Shown here piece by piece: positions 58,686 to 64,000 of a stretch of 64,000 bases of DNA. The notes beneath the pieces were generated by a model. That model did no database searches and was not told the origin of the DNA. It was given only the letters and a program-made list of their open reading frames with translations. Position 1 is the stretch's first letter. Each line of letters opens with the position of its first letter. The position numbers and the translations under genes are program-made. Origin of the DNA: Candidatus Delongbacteria bacterium (GTDB taxonomy: Bacteria; UBA4055); the NCBI GenBank assembly GCA_016938275.1, contig JAFGUZ010000169.1:1734-65733 (forward strand). The letters are read 5' to 3'.

Positions 58686-61250
58686 TTGATGATTAGGATT
58701 GTGTTCTTTTTGCTTATATCTATTTCGCTTTTTGGTAATAGTTTGGAGCAAAAGATAGATAAATATTCTGGAAAAAATGGTGAACAGCTTAAGAAGCTTC
58801 AAAGTGAAGTTAAAAATGATGAAAAAGTTTCTTCTGCTATAAGTTTTCTACTAGAGAATATGGCTCCAAATGACATTGGTACTATCACTGCTGAATATCT
58901 ACTAACAAATGTAAAATCAGCTTTGGAAAGTAGAAAACTGGAATTCAATAATTATTATGATGATGCAATTTTCAGGCATTTTGTGTTACCATATAGAGTC
59001 TCCCAAGAACCACTGGAAGATTATCGTGACAATTTTTACAAAGAACTCTTTCCAATTGTTAAAGATTGTAAAAATGTGGAAGAAGCTGTTGTACTTGTAA
59101 ATTTATGGATAAATGAAAAGCTTCATTTCAAATATACTTCTGGAAGAGATGCTGGTCCATTAACATGTATCAGACATGGATGGGGGAGATGTGAAGAATA
59201 CATGATATTATTTATAGCTGCCGCCAGATCCGTTGGAATTCCTGCACGTACTGTTTCAGCTCCATTTTGGAATTTTACCGATAATAATCACGCCTGGGTG
59301 GAGGTCTATACTCCTGAAGGTTGGAAGTATCTTGGAGATGATAATATTTTAAATGACAATTGGGTCGGTCATACTGCAAGAAGAGCAACATTGATAACTT
59401 CAGAAGCTTTTGGCGATTACAAAAGTGATGAAACTGTTCAAAGCAAAAATGGGGCAACTCTTTTAAGTTCAATCAAAAACTATACTTTTGAAAAGAAATG
59501 CAGTATTCATGTTTTTGATGTGAACAACAAGCCTCTTTCAGATGCAAAAGTTACTATTTATGGTGCTTCTTATGGCGGTTTGTTTCCAATGCTAAATACT
59601 GAGAGTGATGAAAATGGAAATGTTACTGTGCCTATGGGCACTGGAACAGTCTATATAACAGCTTCAAAAGATGGTAAAATTGCTGGCGGTGTATTGGATA
59701 TGATGAATAGTGAGAATCCAGAACTTTCACTTAAGTTATTAAATAATAAACTGGAAATACAAGATTTCAATTTTATGTTTCCTATGCCTGAAGAACTTAA
59801 AAAAGAGTTTCCAAAAAGTAAGTATCATTTTGAGGATAAATTTTCTCTAATGAAAAAGTTAATGGAAAGAACAAGAGATTTTGATCAATTGAAAAACAGA
59901 AAAAGTTTAAGATTTTTAGAATATTATGAGATTCTTTACAAAGATAAACCATATGATCAAAAGAAAGAGTTTATGGAAAAATGCGATAATCTCCATTTAG
60001 CATCAGATGATTACTTGAAATTATTTGATGAGATAAAAGATGATTCTCTGTCTTTAAAAATTCTTATAAACAAAATTCTTGTTAGTTCTACTAAAGATTT
60101 AACAGAAATCCCAAACTATAATAAGATTAAAGACGATCTTTATGTTTTGAAAAATGGCTTTGAAAGATTTTCTAAAAACTATACCGATTCTATTTTTATA
60201 AAAAATGTGATTACAAGTGGTTCTCCATCGCTGGCAATTGCAAAAAATGGATGGGAACTTGAATTTTCAAAAAAACTACTAAGTGTTCTAGATAAGGATA
60301 TCTCTAAATCGGCTGAAAAGATTAAAAAATGGGTAGATGAAAATTTAAAAGAAGATGAAGATTATGAATGGAGCTATTTTAGCGGAGCAATAAATCCATT
60401 AAATATTCTAAATATTGTGAATGTTCCAAAGGGTTATATGACAAAAGTTCTTTGGGAGGGTTTGAGATTATCTGGTATTCCTGTGAGATGGGAAGGTAGA
60501 ATAGAATATTATGATGGTAAAGAGTTTAAAGCTTTTGAAAATAACGAATCTAAAAAAGATGTTAAGGAAGAGAAGCCAGAATTATTAGTCAATGTCTCAG
60601 TTGATGGTGTTGATGTAAAGGCTGAACCTTTTGCAAATTTCCTTATCCTTAGTGATGATGGCGGATCTTTATACTACACATATTTTGATGGCGAACCAAA
60701 AGAAAATAGTTTTGCTTCTTATTACTTAAAAAAAGAGAATATTAACTATTACTTAATTGGGTCTACTAGAAACGATAATGGTGATGCCAATTTAAAAATT
60801 ATCCCTCTTACTGGTGATGAAAAAGAAGTTAAAATTGAATTAACTACACCTAAAGTCCATACAGATCAAAGTACAACTTTCAGTGAAGAGACAATTGCAA
60901 AAGTTAAAGATATGACTAAAGGGATGGAAGGTAAAAAAATTGTTATAGTTCGAGGTGAAACAAAGATTGAACCTGAAATTCGTATGATTGATCATGTGTT
61001 TAACAGAATGGAATCATTCAAAAAGAATAATGTGAAAATTGCTGTATATTCTACAGATCGTGATAATAAAGACCTTCTTGAAAGAGAAAGTTCCCTTGTG
61101 TCATTGACCGGTAGTAGCATAGCCCCAGAAATCTCATATTTAAATTATCCGCTAATATTCCTTCTTGATGAAAACAATGAGCTCATCTTCTCATATAAAG
61201 GATATAATATGGGTATTGGTCAATTACTGGAAACAAAAACAAAGAAATAA
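58686..61250 (+). CDS. Secreted transglutaminase-like superfamily protein (854 aa)
   Basis: Signal peptide; core GWGRCEEYMILFIAAARSVGIPARTVSAPFW…NHAWVEVY (Cys-His transglutaminase-like motif). Confidence 0.65.
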   Translation: MMIRIVFFLLISISLFGNSLEQKIDKYSGKNGEQLKKLQSEVKNDEKVSSAISFLLENMAPNDIGTITAEYLLTNVKSALESRKLEFNNYYDDAIFRHFVLPYRVSQEPLEDYRDNFYKELFPIVKDCKNVEEAVVLVNLWINEKLHFKYTSGRDAGPLTCIRHGWGRCEEYMILFIAAARSVGIPARTVSAPFWNFTDNNHAWVEVYTPEGWKYLGDDNILNDNWVGHTARRATLITSEAFGDYKSDETVQSKNGATLLSSIKNYTFEKKCSIHVFDVNNKPLSDAKVTIYGASYGGLFPMLNTESDENGNVTVPMGTGTVYITASKDGKIAGGVLDMMNSENPELSLKLLNNKLEIQDFNFMFPMPEELKKEFPKSKYHFEDKFSLMKKLMERTRDFDQLKNRKSLRFLEYYEILYKDKPYDQKKEFMEKCDNLHLASDDYLKLFDEIKDDSLSLKILINKILVSSTKDLTEIPNYNKIKDDLYVLKNGFERFSKNYTDSIFIKNVITSGSPSLAIAKNGWELEFSKKLLSVLDKDISKSAEKIKKWVDENLKEDEDYEWSYFSGAINPLNILNIVNVPKGYMTKVLWEGLRLSGIPVRWEGRIEYYDGKEFKAFENNESKKDVKEEKPELLVNVSVDGVDVKAEPFANFLILSDDGGSLYYTYFDGEPKENSFASYYLKKENINYYLIGSTRNDNGDANLKIIPLTGDEKEVKIELTTPKVHTDQSTTFSEETIAKVKDMTKGMEGKKIVIVRGETKIEPEIRMIDHVFNRMESFKKNNVKIAVYSTDRDNKDLLERESSLVSLTGSSIAPEISYLNYPLIFLLDENNELIFSYKGYNMGIGQLLETKTKK

Positions 61251-61291
61251 AAATTCAATTTTAATAAAATCCCCGTTACTTCGGGGATTTT

Positions 61292-63130
61292 TTATATCAC
61301 AACGATTCCAACTTTTACTTTCTCTAAATTCGCTAAATCGCTACCTTTATATAATTCATCATAGATTATCTGATTTTCAGTATTGGAAAATGTAATATCA
61401 AAAGTAAAATCAGATTCATTTAGTTGATTGAATAAGTTAGTGACTTGGCTTTCCTTTAGTATTGTATCAATAAGTAAGCAGTCCGGTTCAAAGTCTGTTA
61501 AATTTGCTGTGTACTTGTTAAACTCTGTAATTGATTTCAAAAAATATACTGTTCTAAATTTATCAATTAAACTAAGTTTGTTCAAATCCCCGCTGACAAT
61601 GGTAATAAGGTTATTGGTAATTCTCTTACTCATGCTATAGTAAAGATCATTAGCGGGAAAGGTAAACTCATTGGAAAGTTCTATAAAACTCTCAATTTTT
61701 TTTACTATAAAATTATCAGGTTCAAAAAGGATAATTTCTGGGATTGTAAATGGATTTGCATGTGTAAATTTAGTAATAACTTTTTTAATAAAGTCATGCT
61801 CTGAAATGATAGTTTCTGTAAAAATAAGTTGATAAGGCGATGTTACTTTATCTATAAAATTGAAAATTCGCTCATCTATCTTTGTTATTATTATTTTTTT
61901 GAAGTAAGTACCTGCTATTTCGCCTTTGTAAGAACAATCAAAGTCAGGGTCAGGATAAAATTCTATTTCAAATTTATCGGCTGCATATTCCATAAGATTT
62001 TGGATAGAAGTAGAATCAAACTCAGGAGTTTTCAATATTGTATATGGACCATGTTCCTGATAAACTAAAGATAGATCATTAGCTTTCTTTCTAAAATCTG
62101 TCCCAGGTAAAATTGATAAGGGAAAAACTTGAATGTTGTCATAAAATTCATGTTCGTAAACAAAGTCTACGCTTTTGACAAATCCTTCTGGAGTGTCTCC
62201 AGGCAATCCTAAAATCAGATCGACCTTTGGAGAAATCTCATATTTTTTTAGCAAGTTAACACCACGTGTAAATTCAGTTAGATCACATGCTCTTTTCATC
62301 AATTTAAGAGCAGTAGGGTTTGTGGACTGTAAACCGATTTCAAATTCTTTAAAATTTGCTTTTTTAAACTTGCTTACCAAATCCTCATTTAATTTTTCGA
62401 CTCTAAGTTCACTGTAAAATGATAAACTCTTTTTATCATTTAGTTCAATAATCTTGTCTAGCAGGGATTGGAGGTCTTTCCTTACATTAAGAGAAGGATC
62501 AAGAAGGAAAATATCATTAATTTTGTTTGATTTAGCATAATTAATGACTTCAACTATATTGCTCTCAGGAATGAAGATACTTTTTTTTGAAGATTTATTG
62601 TAGAAACAAAATGAGCAATTGTAAGGGCATCCTCTTTGAGTTTCAATATATATACAATTATCAATTTTTGGATTAACAATATTCTCACTGTAAATTTTAT
62701 TGTACTCGACAGATTTTTTAGATATTGAATTATTTATGAGCTTGAAGAATTGTTCTTCGCCTTCTCCATAGACGAGAAAATCATAAATATTTGAATATTT
62801 TTCTAAATTATAATTGTCATGAGTAATTTCTGATCCACCAAAAACTATTTTACATTTCAGTTTTTCTTTCAAAATTTTAGCTATGTATGCTGATTTTTCC
62901 AGATTCCAGCAAAATATTGAAAATCCAATCAGATCAGGATTTAAATCTTTTATATGATTTATTAAAGCACTGTCGGAGAGATAAGTAGAAAACTCCTGAT
63001 CGATTACCGTTATATTATTAGTTTTACAATATGATTTAATGCTTGAAATTCCAATTGGGATATTTGCAGTTTTGAACCCAAATGTAAATTGAGGAATTGG
63101 AAGTTGGATTAAAAGTACATTATTAAACAA
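61292..63130 (-). CDS. B12-binding-domain radical SAM protein with a roughly 250-aa C-terminal extension
   Basis: N-terminal B12-binding-like region (…DLIGFSIFCWN…IVFGGSEITH…), then ETQRGCPYNCSFCFY (CX3CX2C). Confidence 0.7.
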   Translation of the reverse strand: MFNNVLLIQLPIPQFTFGFKTANIPIGISSIKSYCKTNNITVIDQEFSTYLSDSALINHIKDLNPDLIGFSIFCWNLEKSAYIAKILKEKLKCKIVFGGSEITHDNYNLEKYSNIYDFLVYGEGEEQFFKLINNSISKKSVEYNKIYSENIVNPKIDNCIYIETQRGCPYNCSFCFYNKSSKKSIFIPESNIVEVINYAKSNKINDIFLLDPSLNVRKDLQSLLDKIIELNDKKSLSFYSELRVEKLNEDLVSKFKKANFKEFEIGLQSTNPTALKLMKRACDLTEFTRGVNLLKKYEISPKVDLILGLPGDTPEGFVKSVDFVYEHEFYDNIQVFPLSILPGTDFRKKANDLSLVYQEHGPYTILKTPEFDSTSIQNLMEYAADKFEIEFYPDPDFDCSYKGEIAGTYFKKIIITKIDERIFNFIDKVTSPYQLIFTETIISEHDFIKKVITKFTHANPFTIPEIILFEPDNFIVKKIESFIELSNEFTFPANDLYYSMSKRITNNLITIVSGDLNKLSLIDKFRTVYFLKSITEFNKYTANLTDFEPDCLLIDTILKESQVTNLFNQLNESDFTFDITFSNTENQIIYDELYKGSDLANLEKVKVGIVVI

Positions 63131-63140
63131 TACTTTACCA

Positions 63141-63326
63141 CTAGCTTTCTGCAGGAGGCATAATTATAGCTAAAATTATGTATATCATAAGACCCGGGAA
63201 AGCCGCAGATAGGATAGATAGTAGAACATAAGCAATCCTGACAAGTGTTACATCCCATCCCAACCATTCAGCTATGCCTGCACAAACACCAGCAACTATA
63301 GAATTATATGATTTTTTTAATTTCAT
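63141..63326 (-). CDS. PspC-domain small membrane protein
   Basis: SIVAGVCAGIAEWLGWDVTLVRIAYVLLSI matches the PspC domain, followed by a TM helix. Confidence 0.55.
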   Translation of the reverse strand: MKLKKSYNSIVAGVCAGIAEWLGWDVTLVRIAYVLLSILSAAFPGLMIYIILAIIMPPAES

Positions 63327-63634
63327 TTGAACCTCAATTTTATGCTTTACGACTTGAATAATATAATTAAATTTGGATGATTTGTGATAATATTTTTCAA
63401 TTTAAATCATATGTCTGTTTAAGTTGTTTGTCACATTTTCCGGTTAAAATTATTGATGTTTAACTGTAAATTAACAACAAGTTTAAATATTGCGATAAAA
63501 TTAAAGATAAAGATTGCTATATCAATTATGAATACAAGAGGCACACAGCTGTGTGTCTCTACATCTTTTCCATAGAACAATTGTTTGTATTCTTCTTCAT
63601 TAAGGATTATTCGGTGCTAAAATTCTATAAGAAA

Positions 63635-63845
63635 CCAGCGATTTCATCGCTGGGAAATGGGACTGACTTTTTACTAAAAAGTCAGACAAAAAGGTCAATC
63701 TTTTTATAAAGATTGATCAAAATCGGTATCAATTTAAGAAAGAATGCTGTTACTCTACCATTCAAATGCTACGTATTTGAACCGGCTCCAGCAATTACCT
63801 TGCTTCGCAAGGATAAGCCTACGCCGGTGCAAGATACCTTTGAGA
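63635..63845 (-). repeat. Repeat element copy B (about 210 nt), inverted relative to copy A; hairpin CCAGCGATGAAATCGCTGG at 63635..63653 (minus strand)
   Basis: Reverse complement aligns to copy A: the 5' 65 nt (AAGGTATCTTGCACCGGCGTAGGCTTATCCTTGCGAAGCAAGGTAAT…) and the 3' hairpin are conserved; the interior carries deletions. Confidence 0.6.
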
Positions 63846-64000
63846 TTGTATTTTTTTTAGGAGAAGAGGAATTTTCTTCTCTTCAAAACCATACTCTTAA
63901 CCTGTAACTTTTCCAAAACTACGTAATAATTTTAAATAAAGTAATAAATATATTGCATTTATCAAAATTTGATATTATATTAGATTTTACGTAAATACAC

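Noticed and set aside
63713-63907. 64-aa + strand ORF near the window end
   Set aside because: It lies entirely within repeat element copy B; the coding signal is poor and it is more likely non-coding.

Overview
This is an AT-rich (about 30% GC by eye) bacterial chromosomal window, densely coded and with no rRNA or CRISPR visible. Five secreted proteins end in the conserved NYPNPFNP(E/T)T C-terminal domain typical of type IX secretion (T9SS) cargo, so the source is probably an FCB-group-like lineage such as Ignavibacteria or Calditrichia (inference). The left edge holds a flagellar filament locus: fliD (partial), then a flagellin with a sigma54-like promoter, then two glycosyltransferases. 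Scattered through the window are transcription regulators (MerR-, TrmB-, HTH/TPR- and TPR/HisKA-type, plus a sensorless histidine kinase) and stress or detoxification enzymes (DJ-1/PfpI, cupin, OsmC, glyoxalase, beta-lactamase-fold hydrolase, alpha/beta hydrolase). Two loci stand out. First, a tightly overlapping five-gene minus-strand operon (51245-57242) encodes a roughly 28-heme cytochrome, a cytoplasmic polyferredoxin fused to a His-rich five-helix membrane anchor, an 11-heme lipoprotein cytochrome, an outer-membrane beta-barrel and a T9SS-targeted monoheme protein. This has the logic of a porin-cytochrome extracellular electron conduit, with the novel twist of a T9SS-anchored surface haem protein. 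Second, a minus-strand operon (36062-41005) holds a Gfo/Idh/MocA oxidoreductase, a GlmU/LicC-like nucleotidyltransferase, a YgiQ-like protein lacking the radical-SAM Cys triad, and selD. The ORF track truncated selD: it is a selenoprotein with an in-frame UGA (37055-37057) and a SECIS-like hairpin. A repeat element containing a GC-rich hairpin (CCAGCGATGAAATCGCTGG) occurs three times; two longer, diverged copies lie in inverted orientation about 34 kb apart, one of them abutting the 3' end of a 1246-aa FG-GAP/cadherin-like adhesin that lacks a T9SS tail.
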